NCBI GenBank assembly: GCA_951406725.2
Contig: OX597819.1
Coordinates: 121,954,001 to 122,018,000 of the forward strand
DNA length: 64,000 nucleotides
Direction of reading: 5' to 3'
Origin: Octopus vulgaris
Lineage: Eukaryota
The notes under the pieces were generated by a model, which had not been told where the DNA came from, did not search any database, and saw only the letters and a list, made by a program, of their open reading frames with translations. Shown piece by piece: positions 1-14,696 of the stretch. Position numbers and translations under genes: made by a program. Positions within the stretch are counted from its first letter, which is position 1, and every line of letters starts with the position of its first letter.

Positions 1-657
1 TAGATAATCCATTTCTCATTATCTGTCACAATTTGCTTTAAAAGAGGCACGTTTTCATTCCGTTTATAAAGCGATCACAGATGGAAATGCAAACCAAAAT
101 GTTCTTCTCACTCCACTCATGTCGTATCCAAACATCGCAGCGATTTGTGTACCCAAGCATTACCAAGTGCTCATGAACGACGGATTTTGATAGGTTGAGG
201 CTTTCTGCCAATTCTCGGGTTGTGCAATGAGAGTTATTCTCAATTAAAGACTTGATTTAGTCATCATCTGTAGTGGATGGTCTGCCTGATCGCTCTTTAT
301 CAATAAGGCTACAATCTGCAGCTCGGAATCGTGCCAACCATTTCGGTACAGTTCTTTCGAATAAAGAAACATCACCGTAAACTGCGCATATTTCTTTGAT
401 TTCTTGTGAGGCATTTTTCCCTTTACAGAAAAAGAAAAGCATCAAATGCCGAAGATGAACTTTCTTATCTTCCATTTTAAAGGGTTACAGAATTAACACA
501 GATTATAGGAACATAAACCTTCTTCTCCGAAGAAATAGCTTAAACTTTGCTCTAAATGGAGGTGTAGTCAAATCCTATTTTATGGACTCAACTATGTTCT
601 AAAATATGTCGAAAAGTAAGCTACTATAAATCAGCACGAACTTTCCGGACAACCCAA
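1..657 (-). mobile_element. Mariner transposon, 5' part (degenerate transposase; runs off the left edge)
   Basis: ORF 257-475 MEDKKVHLRHLMLFFFCKGKNASQ...ICAVYGD...ERSGRPS is a mariner HTH N-terminus. TIR-like end (TTGGGTTGTCCGGAAAGTTCG on minus) next to TA at 658-659. Confidence 0.85.
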
Positions 658-1416
658 TATTTCTATATTTTTATCATGAATATGTGGATATTCGTATGGA
701 ATATTACCTCATGTGCTACATCTGAATTTTCTTGTCTGAATGTTTTAAGACAAATATCCGAAATTTTTATCGTATACCACATTTTATTAATACTTAGCTC
801 ATATACGGAGACAAAAATGTTGTACTATATACTGCAGTTTATCTCCATCAAAATTCCCGTATTATATACATTATATATATATAATATTCACACTGGCGAA
901 AATAAATTTAAGACCCTTAGTAAAAGTTCTATTTCTTACAAAATATTGTTACTAGTCCTTAGCCGATCTTCCTCGCTTGCACGCAAGCCGGTTTACTGCA
1001 CTTTAGATGCTTGCTGATGTTCGAAAAGGAAGCTTTTTGCTGTAATATACGACTTTTGCTCTCGTGACTGGACTAAGGCTACGTTGTTTTCCCATTATTA
1101 ATAAATTGTATAACATTAAATTATAACTTTATATGGTGCATTTAGGCTCGTTGTGTGACCACCCATTTTGGCCAAAAAATTGCATACATATTACATGGTC
1201 TTAAGCTAATTTTACCGTTAAATTTTTAAACGTTTATATTTAGCATTAGAATTCTTCAAGTTGTATAAAAATTGTCTGCATCATTCGAAAGAGAAATACA
1301 TTTTGCATAAGGTGTAAAAAATAAAAATAATTTGTATGGTGTTAGTAACAAAATATTTTGTAAGAAGTAGAACTTTTATCGTCGGTCTTAAATATATTTT
1401 CGCTAGTGTATATATC

Positions 1417-3909
1417 TCAGGTCATCCCATAAGTTCTGTCCGAATTTTGGATAAAGAATATAAGTGATCAAATATTATATTTAATTGAAAGTTAATCATC
1501 AATGTACTTTCCCTGATTATCTATGACTTATTTCCATCTATTTACAGGCTTTTTAATCCCATCAATGTAAAACTCTTTTGGTTTCAAAGCGAAGAACTCT
1601 GAAATGTCAGGTTCGACCTCCTCCTGGCTTGCGAATGTTGTGTCCCCCTAATAATTCTGTAAACTATGAAACAAATGGTATCCTGAAGGAGTAAGGTCGG
1701 GAGAATAAGTTGGACGAAGAAATTTTTCTAAACCGACCTTTTCGATCTTCTGTGATGTGATCTTTACAGTGTGGGGTTGCGCATTGTCCTGATGAAACAT
1801 CACTCGTTTTCGATTCACTAAAGCGGCTCTTTTTTCCTTCAAAGCTTGGTTCAAATGCTCGAATTGTGTAGAGTTGAGCATTGATTGTTGCATTAGGTGG
1901 TAACAATATAAAGTGAATTACGCCTTTGCAATCGCACCAGATAGAGTAGAACCTTTTTCCTATGAAGTTCCCTTTTCGGTAGTGGTTGAACATTTTCCCT
2001 TTTACCAAGCCACTGTTTACGACGTTTAACATTTCGATAGAAAATACATTTTTCGTCACAAGTCTATCGAAAAAGGGTGAAATGAGTTTGCGAGAATGGA
2101 AAGAAGAGCAGATGTCAACTCGGAATTTGCGGTTGCTTTCGAACAATACATGAGGCACCTATTTTCCAAGTTTAGGAATTTTTACACGTTGTTGAAGATG
2201 ACGATGAACTGTTGTATGGTTTGAAGTAAGCTTTATTGCCAATTCTTCAACTGATAATGAAGGAGTTTCTTCAAGTAATGCCTCTAAGAGCATATCATCA
2301 AACTCAACTGGACGTCCTGTTCGATATTCATCTTCAATTTTGCAAACGATCTCCTGCAAGTTCTTTCATTCAAGCATTTTCCCATAAACTGAGTGTATGT
2401 TTCGAGTCACTTCGGCTGCAGAGTTATTTTTATTGTACTCATAAAGAATTATATGTGCCTTAAATGCTCCTTGGGCACTTCCATGTTGAAAAGGTTTTAA
2501 TCAAAGCAATTTTAGGGTGTCCACGAAGTCTGGGTACATGGAATAAAATCATAACATAAACAAATAAATATAAGAAATACTTTTCCTTTTTTACTTTTGT
2601 TTAAATGAAAAAAAAAAAAAACTTTACTTTTCTAAATTTATTTATTTTTTCTACAGATGATCGAATGATGGCTCTGCCTAAAGAAGAAAGAATGGCAGAT
2701 CAAGTGATGGATCTGTCTAAAGAAGAAAGAATCGAGTTAGTATTATTAAGTGGACGAGAGGGATGGTCGTATCGCAAAATTGCGGAAGAATTTGATCTTC
2801 GACACCCTTATAGGCAACCTATTTATTTTACTGCCGTCGGGAAATTGATCAAGACATTTAAAGAAACAGGCAGTGTTTTGGATAAACCCCGTTCCGGGCG
2901 ACCAAAGACTTCAGATGAAACGAAAGAGGCTGTCATGGCTAAGGTTTCTGCTAGCCCAAAGAAATCACTTCGTCGGACATCCACGGTGTTAGGTGTTCCA
3001 AAACCAACCATCCACAAAATGCTGGTTGAGGAAAAGTTTCATCGATACAACCTACAGATATTGCATCACTTAAATGAAGACGACCCTGATAGGCGAATGT
3101 AGACGTGCGAATAGTTTTCAGATAAATTGGATGGAAATTTTACAAAAAACTTTGTTGTTCAGTGACAAAGCTACGTTTTATGTAAATGGTGAGGTCAACA
3201 GACAGAATCTTCTATACTGGTCTCGAGGTAATCCACATTGGATGGATCCATCCAAACAGCAAGGCAGCAAAAAGGTGATGATGTGGTGTGGTTTGTGGAA
3301 AGCTCATGTTCTAAGACCCTTCTTCATTGAACATGTAACGGATGAGACTTATGTAAACATATTGAGAGACAAATTAATATCTCAAATTGAGCGCCTAGGT
3401 GAGGGCCTTCCGAATTGGTTTCAGCAGGATGGGGCCCCTACCCATTTTGCCACAACTGTTAGAGATTGGCTTAATGACACTTTTCCTCACTGGATTGGAA
3501 GAAGGGGTCATATGGACAGTCAGACCTTTCTCCCCTTGATTTCTTTTTCTGGGGTATGTTGAAAGAGAAAGTTTACTCAATAAAGATTACAGATTTAAAA
3601 CACATGAGAGAACGCATAACCAGTCAGTGTGCTGAAATTGATGGCAATGTAGACTTATTTAATCAAGTTCACCTGAATTTTGCCAGGCGCATCAAGTTAG
3701 AATTGTTTGTTTTAAAAGTATGTGTTAATCCTCATGTACGCAGACTTTGTGGACACCCTCTATTATTTTGTAAAACAATATTGAATTAGTTTAAACGTAC
3801 ACAAATGCATAAAAGTAATTTTTAATTGAATTAGACATTTGAAATTACTATTAAATTTCATTCAAATTTAAAAAAGGTAAAATTGGGCAGAACTGATTGG
3901 ATGACTTGA
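1417..3909 (-). mobile_element. Degenerate full-length mariner element interrupted by a second transposon
   Basis: TIRs TCAGGTCATCCCATAAGTTCTGTCC (1417) and the reverse complement of the 3909 end, TCAAGTCATCCAATCAGTTCTGCCC. Transposase fragments MEVPKEHLRHI (ATG 2484), RTGRP, FHQDNAQPH, YSPDLTPSGYHLF, with frameshifts and stops. Confidence 0.85.
2514..3760 (+). mobile_element. Tc1/mariner element of the DD41D (rosa)-like type, frameshifted transposase, nested in the 5' UTR of the mariner
   Basis: TIR AGGGTGTCCACGAAGTCTGGGTACATG and CATGTACGCAGACTTTGTGGACACCCT. ORFs contain FKETGSVLDKPRSGRP, LFSDKATFYVNGEVNRQN, WFQQDGAPTH, WIGRRG, MLKEKVY. Confidence 0.85.
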
Positions 3910-4689
3910 TATATATAATCTATGATATTCTAATAAGTTTCAAGTTTAAAACACCTTGATTTCTCATGTTATGTCATTTTATATGCCTAAGACGTTTATT
4001 TTCTATTCTGGTTATTATATATTTCTGTACATTATATTTGTATCTATAATTTATGTTAAGCCGAAACATAATACGATCCTTGTACGAATGAAAGAAGAAG
4101 AATGTCCTCTGAAACTTTTATCTTCCACCGGCGTTTGTAATCGATGGTGACATGTGCGATGATTTTGCGACTATCACCTATTTTACAGAGAAATTGGAAG
4201 CCCCGAATGTAAGCCACCACTTTATGCATAATTCAATATTTATATTTCTCTATTTCTAACTGAAATTTTGTCCTCAATAATTATAGATCTCTATTTCTAA
4301 ATGTAATTCTTTTTCTTCACGTTCAGCTTATAAGACGCATTCTTGTCTGTCTCTTGACAAATCTTTTTTTCTCCAGCGTTCACCACTTCACCTCGTTAGG
4401 GTTAAACCGCCCTAACCGAACGTTTTCACTGTCCTGTTTTTGTTAGCAGCTTTGACATTCCATGTATCTCAAATTTTATTTAATTTGCTTTGGGGTGCAA
4501 TTGCTTTGATGAAGACGCATCTCGTTTCAATGCTCGCTATGCGGAGTAGGTAAATCTGCAAACAACTGAGGAAGGGTTATCTGTTATGCTGCCTTCGTGC
4601 TATAGTTCCCTATATATAATTAAAATTCTTTTTCTTACATTCATTCTTGCCAAGCCAAGCCATAGCGCCGACAGTGGTGTCGTAGCCAT

Positions 4690-5440
4690 GGACCCGTGAG
4701 TACAGATCCTGGTAGTACTGCACCCGTGTATCCATTTGCTTGCTTTGGTCCTTGATGAGATCTCCAGTAGTTGATTTCAGAGGGGCTGACTTGGTAGCGG
4801 ATGGACCGAGGGCCTTCTTCAAACCGGCATACATCCCACGGGTGTCGTCACTGTCTGCAGCTGACTTGATACTCTGACAGATTTCCTGCCAATACCTATT
4901 TACACAGCGTCTGGCAGTCAGTTGGGTTTTATTTCTTGCCTTTCTGAGTTCTTCGTGTAACTTTGTAGAAGAATCACTCTTGTATTGCATCAGAGCTGCA
5001 CGCTTTGCTTCGATAACTGTTTCCAGCTCTGAGAGCCTAGCACTGAACACAATCTGGGTTTTGCCTTTCTCTCATACCGAAAGTATCTATTGATACAAAT
5101 CTTGCCTGATATAATTCCACCTACTTTCAGCAGAGGAGGTTGGGCAGCTACTGAGGGCAACCATGATAGAAACAGCAAAACATTGTCACAGTGTAGGGTC
5201 CGAGGTTCTGGCAGTGTTAATGCGTGGTCGGCCCACTTTCTTGGAGCGATGGACTTTTTGAGGCAGAATCCTCACCCTGCTTCTTATTAGTGAATAATGT
5301 ATGTCACAATCCGCACTAGGGTAACTACGGGTCAGTTGAGCAGAATTCAGAAAGGATCTTCGTGTAATGATGAGATCCAGCTGATGCCAGTGGTGAGATC
5401 TTGGATGTCTCCAAGATGCCTTGTGGGATGTCTCTGGCCA
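4690..5440 (-). mobile_element. RTE-clade LINE fragment (end of AP endonuclease plus linker)
   Basis: Minus translation SWRHPRSHHWHQLDLIITRR...SYPSADCDIHYSLI, and ORF 4610-5050 ARRCVNRYWQEICQSIKSAADSDDTRGMYAGLKKALGP. Confidence 0.75.
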
Positions 5441-5538
5441 TTGTCATTTACGTTGCCAATACCAAAACACATACACTTACATATATACATACACATATAT
5501 ATACGATTGATTTGTTTCATTTCCTGTCCACGAAATCC

Positions 5539-5603
5539 ACACACACACACACACACACATACACACACACACACACACACATACACACATATCTATATAT
5601 GTA

Positions 5604-5638
<35 letters not shown>

Positions 5639-5654
5639 ACATATATATATGTAT

Positions 5655-5693
<39 letters not shown>

Positions 5694-6078
5694 GATACAT
5701 TGATAGATACAACTGAGTGGTCAAACAAAAATATGAGACACTTCGTAGTGCTGTTTTATATTTTGATAAGCCTGGTACTTATTCTATCAGTTTCTTCTTG
5801 TGAAACCAGTAAGTTATGGGGATGTAAATAAACGAATACCAGTTGTGAAGCAGTGATGAGGGAGAAACACAAAGACACACACATATTCATACAAATACAT
5901 ACAATTGATTTCTTTCAGTTTCTGTCTACAAAATCCACTGAAAAGGCTTTGTTTGGTCTAAGGCTATAACAGAAGACACATGCCAAGTTACCACACTGTG
6001 GGACTGAACTGAGGACCATGTGTTTTGGAACCAAGTTTGTTACCACGCAGCCACACATGCACCTATGTGTGTGTGTGC

Positions 6079-6114
<36 letters not shown>

Positions 6115-6365
6115 TTGTGTGCGTGTGTGCGTGCGGGGGGATCGGTGTGTGTTTTATGGGTGTATATATGTATGCATGTATATATATGTATATATATATA
6201 TATGTACATCTATATATACATCTAGACATACATGTTTACATATACATGTATACATGTACAGCTATACATATACATGTATACATATACATGCATACATATA
6301 TATCTATATATACACATGTATATATATATATATATATATACATGTATATATACATCCATATACAT
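5539..6365. repeat. (CA)n/(TG)n/(TA)n microsatellite field containing fragments of SINE family C on the minus strand (about 5725-6060)
   Basis: Direct reading of dinucleotide runs. 5910-6055 matches the reverse complement of the family C head. Confidence 0.8.
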
Positions 6366-6479
6366 TCAGTAGAGAGATGATTTTGTTTCACTTTTAACAC
6401 GTAATACTGAAATAGTGGAGAAGATGTGATATTGCTGTGGGCTCGTCCTAGGCAAGAAGTTAAGCATTTTTTTGCCCAT

Positions 6480-6616
6480 GACACTACATGGACCCTAAGT
6501 ATGGCGTGTGTAAAATTTGAATAAAATTGGTCGTGTAGTTCTGAAGTTTTAGGGATTCACACAGACAGACAGACAGACACACACACATTCTCAATTTTAA
6601 ATATATATATATAGAT
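6480..6616 (+). mobile_element. Possible non-autonomous Helitron-like 3' end
   Basis: AAATTTGAATAAAATTGGTCGTGTAGTTCTGAAGTT...(ACAG)n...TATATATAGAT resembles the ends of Lep1/DINE-like elements. Pattern recognition only. Confidence 0.3.
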
Positions 6617-7544
6617 GTATTGTTCAGTTTAAAATTGCGAACGAATCCAGCTGTAAATACGGACTTTTCAGTACAATACCGCTTACTGTGCCAACATGAT
6701 TGAAAAGCGATTGAGCAAAGGAATATATTTTTGTTTTATTTATGATCATTTAAAGTGTTTTAAGGTGTCATACTTATTGTTGTATCTAAATATCAATCTA
6801 CACGTTGCAATACGGCCTAGATAAATGGAGGAATTCAGTCAAATCACTAGCCATAAATGTAAATATATTGTGAAGGCACATGGCCAGAAGTTGTAAAACC
6901 CAGCTGTCTGCCGGAAGTTAAAAAGGGTCAAATACTTGACAGCAATCAGTTGTTTCATGAAACTTGTTCCCGTTTTGTTATACTGAGTAGAATGCATTAA
7001 CATTATTTATATATATTTATTTAAATTTTTAATTATTCAATAAATTCTGTTGAAGAATGACAATAAATAACTAAGCAAATAAAGAAAAGTCAACGCAGTG
7101 AATTATGCTTTAAAACCCTTTATTTTTTATCAATATGCAAATGGAGTCATTTCTGCCTCGAAAGTCACATTCTGGGTTATTTATAAATTTGTTGGGAAGG
7201 ATCATTTATCAATATTAAGGTCACTTCTGACAACTGAAATACAGAAATACAGGTATTTATAGTCTAAAAGCATCTGTTAAAAATACAGCAAGATCTACTG
7301 CTTCGAAACATGCTATTGGCGGATCAGAGGAATATACGTTCGTGACATATAACGTTCTTGGTGTACGCGACTGGAACGGCATTAAATTAAAATAATCAAC
7401 TCTGCATAATACTTACCGCATATAAACTGGTCAGGGGCTGGATACTACAGATTGTCCCCTAAGAAAAGCCCAAAATCTCTACAGTCATAATATATTAAGG
7501 AATGTCATGAGAACGACGAATGCATTTTGCTCTGCGTACACTTA

Positions 7545-8580
<1,036 letters not shown>

Positions 8581-8893
8581 GGAAGAAATTATCCATGAAA
8601 ACAGTTTTGCATGTAATCTGAAATAAATGTCATGTCACATTCACTAAAACTAATTACATTATGTGGCTACGAGAGAGCTTCTAGTTGGTCACTTTATATG
8701 TTTAGCCACATCTCTTTCAGAGTATCTCACACATCCTCATATTATGTGCCTTCCCAGTAGACATTTTATGTCGGTGAATAAGATATGCGAAATATTTGGT
8801 CTTGTAATTTCTCGCAGGTGTATATCACCACATGAAGTAGACTCGATGGCTCATTTTTACAACGATAGCACTGCTTTATGCTGTCAACGTAGT

Positions 8894-9360
8894 GGAAGCG
8901 CAATGGCCCAGTGGTTAGAGCAACGACTCGCAGTCGTAGGATCGAGGTTTCGATTCTTAGACCGGGCATTGTGAGTGTTTATTGAGCGAAAACACCTAAA
9001 GCTCCACAAGGCTCCGGCAGGGGGTGGTGGTGAACCCTGCTGTACTCTTTCACCACAACTTTCTCTCACTCTTTCTTCCTGTTTCTCTTGTACCAGTTTT
9101 TCAAAGGGCCAGCCTTGTCATACTCTGTGTCACGCTGAATCTCCTCGAGAACTACATTAAGGGTACACGTGTCTGTGGAGTGCTCAACCACTTGCACGTT
9201 AATAAATGATAACATCGGCGGCGTGGAGAGGGGAGGCTGGTATGCGTGGGCGACTGCTGGTCTTCCACAAACAACCTTGCCGAGACTTGTACCTCGGAGG
9301 GTAACTTTCTAAGTGCAATTCCATGGTCATTCATGACCGAAGGAGGTCATTTGCATTTTC
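8894..9360 (+). mobile_element. tRNA-derived SINE, head A plus tail 3
   Basis: A/B-box head TGGCCCAGTGG...GGTTTCGATTC. 14-bp TSD ATGCTGTCAACGTA at 8878 and 9361. Empty site in the paralogous block near 17300. Confidence 0.85.
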
Positions 9361-9637
9361 ATGCTGTCAACGTATTGCAGTTAAAATATAAATAAGCCGA
9401 TGTTGAGATGTATTCAGAGAAGATGCGAGAGAGTGTAACTTTACGATTGCTAAAGAAGATAAATATTGCCCTAGAAGTGTGGTGAAATAGGATCTCTCAT
9501 AAATACTCTGAGAGTACTTGATGGCTTGGACGCAAGTCTACCCGTTACAATTCGTTTTCAAATGCAGCAAAGACTTGAATGTCATCTCATATTGGTAAGC
9601 GAGAAATATAACAAAAATGAACAATAAGCTGACAAAT

Positions 9638-9811
9638 AGGCGCAGGAATGACTGTGTGGTAAGTAGCTTGCTAACCAACCACATAGTACCGGGTTCAGTT
9701 CCACTGCGTGGCATCTTGGGCAAGTGTCTTCTGCTATAGCCCCGGGCCGACCAATGCCTTGTGAGTGGATTTGGTAGACGGAAACTGAAAGAAGCCTGTC
9801 GTATATATATG

Positions 9812-9852
<41 letters not shown>

Positions 9853-10090
9853 CTGTGCGCGTGTGTGTATGTAGGTGTGTATGTGTGTGTATGTGTTTGT
9901 GTGTCTGTGTTTGTCTCCCTAGCATTGCTTGACAAACGATGCTGGTGTGTTTACGTCACTCAGCGGTTCGGCAAAAGACACCGATAGAATAAGTACTAGG
10001 CTTACAAAGAATAAGTCCCGGAGTCGATTTGGTCGGCTAAAGGCGGAGCTCCAGCATGGCCGCAGTCAAATGACTGAAATAAGTAAAAGA
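9638..10090 (+). mobile_element. tRNA-derived SINE family C (CORE-like CTTGGGCAAGTG segment, internal (TA)n(TG)n)
   Basis: Near-identical to copies at 16750, 57958, 58897 and 62425. Absent from the paralogous site near 17580. Confidence 0.85.
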
Positions 10091-11009
10091 AGTGTTGTTA
10101 ATCACCGCGTAAATATTTTTAATTACCTTTCTCTAGTGTTAACTATGCCAGCTCTAAGTTATCTTTTCACTTCGTACATTGACATAGAAATATGGATACG
10201 TGTGGTGGTCGGGGATCGCACTTAGTTTCAACAGACTGGATCACGTGACAGTCAACTTCGTGACTTTGTTTTATTTTTCGTCTTTTACCGAAAGAATGAA
10301 AGAATGAGAGAATGAAGGTGCGTATCCTAGTGCTTATGGCGTGGCACTCACGATCGGAAGATTATTATTTTGGTGCTGCCTGGACCGAGCGGTATTTTGT
10401 GTTCCTTATTTCACGTTGATCCAGTTCACCCATTAGTGAGTAATCCTGCGATGGACTGGCGTCCTGTCCAGGATGTTTGTTCTGACCGCGCACATATATG
10501 CTAGGGAAATCGTATAACCGGCCCCAAGTGTTCTCGAAATCAAAATGTTCAATAATGTGTATGCCCTCCCTGGGTGTTCAAAACGGCAAAACAACTTCGG
10601 TACATGGGGGTGGTTCCCAAAACACTTTGGCACCTATGACCACACCCTGAGGAAAGCTGCCTCCACGTCCAGCCATTTAGTTATAGGGGCTATGGAAAGT
10701 GCGGGTGAAATGTTTCCCTGTAGTTAAAAGTTCATTACAAAGTATCCCTAAAGGGCTCAACAGATCGATAGAAGAAATAAGCATAAAACGTAATTTAGTG
10801 CGACTTCAGAAACAATATCATTAGGGATTTGCCGGAAGTTTAAAAGGGGAAAAATATATGACAGTAATCAGCTGTTTCGTCAAACTTGTTAACCTTTCAG
10901 TATATTTAGTTGAATACATAAAACTTATTTATATATTCATTTAAATTTCAATAAATTCTGTTGAATAAAGGCAATAAATACCAAAGCAATGAAAAGACAA
11001 TGCAGTGAA

Positions 11010-11360
11010 TTATGCTTTAAAACACTTTATTTTTGTATAAAAATGCAATTGAAGTCATCTCAGCTTCGACGCTTGCATCGGGTTGTTTTTTTTATATGAA
11101 TTCGTTGTGAGGGATCATTTCGGAAGCTCAAAGTGATTTCTGAAAAATAAAAAAAAAAAACAGATTTTTAAAGAGTAAAATCATTTCAGTTAACTTCATC
11201 TGTTAAAAATACTGCAAGATCTGCTCCATAAAACGATGCTATTGTGGATCAGAGGAATATATGTTCGTGACATATGTTCTTGGTGTACGTGATTGAAACG
11301 GCATTAAATTAAAATCTCTGCTTATAAACCGGTGAGAGGCTGGTTACTACATATTCTCCT
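11010..11360 (-). other. Probable last exon (final 2 nt of the stop codon plus 3' UTR) of chitin-binding gene 1
   Basis: Acceptor TTTTTTCACAG|AG at 11361/11360 completes T|AG after the phase-1 exon 2. AATAAA on minus near 11030. The paralog also has an intron at its stop codon. Confidence 0.5.
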
Positions 11361-12567
11361 CTGTGAAAAAAACCTCTTCACAGACATGTAGTTTTGTAAG
11401 CACAATATATTAAAGAAAGTAATGAGAACGCCACATATTTTGCCCTGCGTACACCGAAGTTTTATTCAGCTCGTCGGCTATTCGCAATATCAGTGCATAT
11501 ATTATTCACTGTTTCCTTTATATCCGGGAGGACAGGCATCATCTATGCACATGACTGGTAAGTACACATCATTGACAATGTCCAAGGAGGCCAAAATGGA
11601 CCTGGCGTTCGCGAGAATCGCTACCAAGGCGACATTTTCGTGTTGTTTCTATCTATATATTTTGTTTTTGAATCATACCTGTCAATGATGTGTATTTATG
11701 ATAAATAGAAAAGTATATAACTTCCTTATACTAAAGAGATTGGTGGGTTAAGTGACGTGAATTGGTTTATACCAAGAACGAAGACCTTAATAGTGATTTG
11801 GCTCATTGATTGTAATGTATATTTGAAATTTAAATCTAATTATATAAGATCAATTCGTGAAATTCAACTGCATAATCTATATTTCGTTAACGGACACAAG
11901 ACAGTTCAGAGAAATAAAACTGTTAGAGGATTCGAACTTTGATGTTATAATATCGAAATATTGTAAACATTGTTACGCATTTAGCCTTGCATTCTATCTT
12001 TGCGACATGTTCACGTACTTTTAGTCGAAAATATATGCAAGATGATAGCACGTTCGCATCAGAGATAATAAAAGGAAGTTTTAATGACTCTACTCTGAAG
12101 TAAGCACCCTATCGGGTAACATTGCTCCAAAGATTCTTCGAAGGAATCATGTTTCGGACTCTTTTATTTACTTGTACTTTAGGAAAAAATAGAAATATTT
12201 GACAATTTAATTTTTCGGGCTCTTCAAAATACAGAGACTACTAAAAGTTCTGGGATGTTAAGAACGCAGTGGACCCATGGTTCTGCTTACGAAGCAGTTA
12301 GTTCGAGCTTGTTTTTGAATGGCTGAGATGACTTCTGCACTGAAATTATATTTCTTTAAATAAACTTTTCTTCTCGTTTTCTTATATATTAACTTCACAA
12401 TCTTTATAAAGAAGCCCTTGGAGATTAACCACGGAGAAATTCACGACCGAACAACGAGCATAAATGTTTAGCGAATATGATTCTAGAACTTCTATACTAC
12501 GAAATTTTAGGAATTTCATCACAAGAAACAAATGTCATAGAAGGAACAATGATAAAAAAATACTCAC

Positions 12568-12747
12568 AAACGACTCTGCAGTTGGCTTTACCGGGATTGG
12601 TACATCTTTGTAGCTGGACGCTAAAATAAAGACCATCTTGGCATGCCATGGAAGGATAAGAGGTTCGGTTGAAGCAAGGAATATACCTGGTACAATCTTG
12701 TGGGTCACGGTTACTTCCGTATGCGAATGGGTTACAGAGAGGATCAT
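12568..12747 (-). CDS. Chitin-binding gene 1, exon 2 (second ChtBD2/peritrophin-A domain)
   Basis: TTTTACAG| acceptor and |GTGAGT donor; 180 nt, phase 1-1. DDPLCNPFAYGSNRDPQDCTRYIPCFNRTSYPSMACQDGLYFSVQLQRCTNPGKANCRVV has six Cys with ChtBD2 spacing and aromatic residues. Confidence 0.9.
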
Positions 12748-13331
12748 CTGTAAAACAAATTAAATAAAATATTGGCACAAGGTCAACAATTTTGTGTGTG
12801 TGTGTGTGTGTATGTGTGGTGAGGTATGTTGAATATATCGATTCCTGTGCTCAGCTGGTATTTACATAATCGAACTCCCAAATATCTGTAAGATAAGGTC
12901 GACGTCGGCGGATTTAAATATAATATCAATAATCGTTTACAATCACTTATGTTCAGTATTTCAAGCAGTCATGGGGGCCAAGTTGATAGAAATGTTAGAG
13001 AGTCGGCGGGGGAGGGGGGACTATCTTGTGATATTTATTCCGAATTTTTGTATTCTGAGGTCGAGATCGATAGCAAAAAGCACAAGTAAAGTATTGTGAT
13101 CGGTGGTATCGATTATTCCACTCCACTCAAAATTGGTGAACTCGCGCCTCAGTTAGAAACCGGTATTTCTAACATCTAACATAGAATTTATCACACGTGA
13201 CCAACTGTAAGCAGACGATAGATAATACTCGAATTTAATGCAATTTAGAAAAATTGTCACGATGTAGAGACTTTATCTATATATCTCTATCTGTCTTTTT
13301 GTCTGAGACACTCTCTTTTGCCCCACTTACC

Positions 13332-13418
<87 letters not shown>

Positions 13419-13424
13419 TATATG

Positions 13425-13455
<31 letters not shown>

Positions 13456-13517
13456 ATGTATGTATATATATATGTATATAGGGGGGAGAGAGAGAGAGAC
13501 AGATAGATAGATCCATC

Positions 13518-13565
<48 letters not shown>
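13332..13565. repeat. Compound (TA)n/(GA)n/(GATA)n microsatellite
   Basis: Direct reading. Confidence 0.95.
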
Positions 13566-13566
<1 letters not shown>

Positions 13567-14124
13567 AAGATGTAGGGGGAAATAGCACTGAAAGTAAATC
13601 TAAGACATTTCAATTTCAGAAGGAATTTAATGAAAATGATTTTAAAATTATATAAAGAAAATATTACTGGTACTGAATTTCATCTTATCAAATAGTAAAA
13701 TTTTATAAAAATTGAAGTAAAAACAGTTTCTTTTGATCACAGAGTCTCCAGACCCACACTTGACCATTTTCAGGAAATACAGCAAATCTGGACTCATCAG
13801 AGAATATGACAGTGTCCAAACATACTAGTGGCCTCTTCACTGGCTCAATCTATTATCCGCTTGATGTTGGCTTGTCGAAGAAGAGGCTTCCATCTTGCCG
13901 ATCTGCCATATTAACCAAGATTTTGACTCCCATACAGAAGATAAACCGTTTTACTTCATATTCTTATAAATTTTTATAAACTTTTATTGATATTTGATAA
14001 GATGTGATCCATCATCGAAAGCAGTAATACTTTCTTTATATAATTTTCAAATCATTTTATCAAATTCCTTCTTACTTATATGTCTTAGATTTACTACTCT
14101 GTTATTACCACCTCCATATTTTCC
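13566..14124. mobile_element. MITE/foldback element with about 165-bp imperfect terminal inverted repeats
   Basis: AGTAAATCTAAGACAT...AAGGAATTTAATGAAAATGATTTTAAAATTATATAAAGAAAATATTACTG is mirrored by CAGTAATACTTTCTTTATATAATTTTCAAATCATTTTATCAAATTCCTT...TGTCTTAGATTTACT. Confidence 0.7.
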
Positions 14125-14164
14125 ATTTGAAATTTTGATTTGTATAGATCCCTAATCTCATTTC

Positions 14165-14223
<59 letters not shown>

Positions 14224-14307
14224 CACACATATATAATTTAATTAAAAGAAATTAAAGTTTCAAACCCCTTCATGACTTTTCGTTCATATACACGTATATA
14301 CACAGGT

Positions 14308-14690
14308 GGAGGCGCAATGGCCCAGTGGTTAGGGCAGCGGATTCGCAGTTGTAGGATCGCGGTTTCGATTCCCAGACCGGGCGTTGTGAGTGTTTATTGA
14401 GCGAACACACCTAAAGCTCCACGAGGCTTCGGCAGGGTATGGTGGTGATCCCTGCTGTACTCTTTCACCACAACTTTCTCTCACTCTTACTTCCTGTTTC
14501 TGTTGTACCTGTATTTCAAGGGGCCGGCCTTGTCACTCTCTGTGTCACGCTGAATATCCCCTAGAAATACGTTAAGGGTGCACGTGTCTGTGGAGTGCTC
14601 AGCCACTTACACGCTAATTTCACGAGCAGGCTGTTCCGTTGATTCGGATCAACCGGAACCCTCGTCGTCGGAACCGACGGAGTGCTTCCA
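14308..14690 (+). mobile_element. Full-length tRNA-derived SINE, head A plus tail 1
   Basis: GGAGGCGCAATGGCCCAGTGGTTAGGGCAGCGG head; TSD ATATACACAG (14296 and 14693). Near-identical to 17709 and 40304. Confidence 0.9.
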
Positions 14691-14696
14691 CGATAT

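Noticed and set aside
12497-12567. Hydrophobic C-terminal tail (CEYFFIIVPSMTFV...) from reading through the exon 2 donor
   Set aside because: The canonical GTGAGT donor and the matching intron position in the paralog favour splicing.
14308-14385. tRNA-like sequences (here and in the other SINE heads) as tRNA genes
   Set aside because: They continue into SINE bodies with TSDs and lack a clean acceptor stem and terminator.
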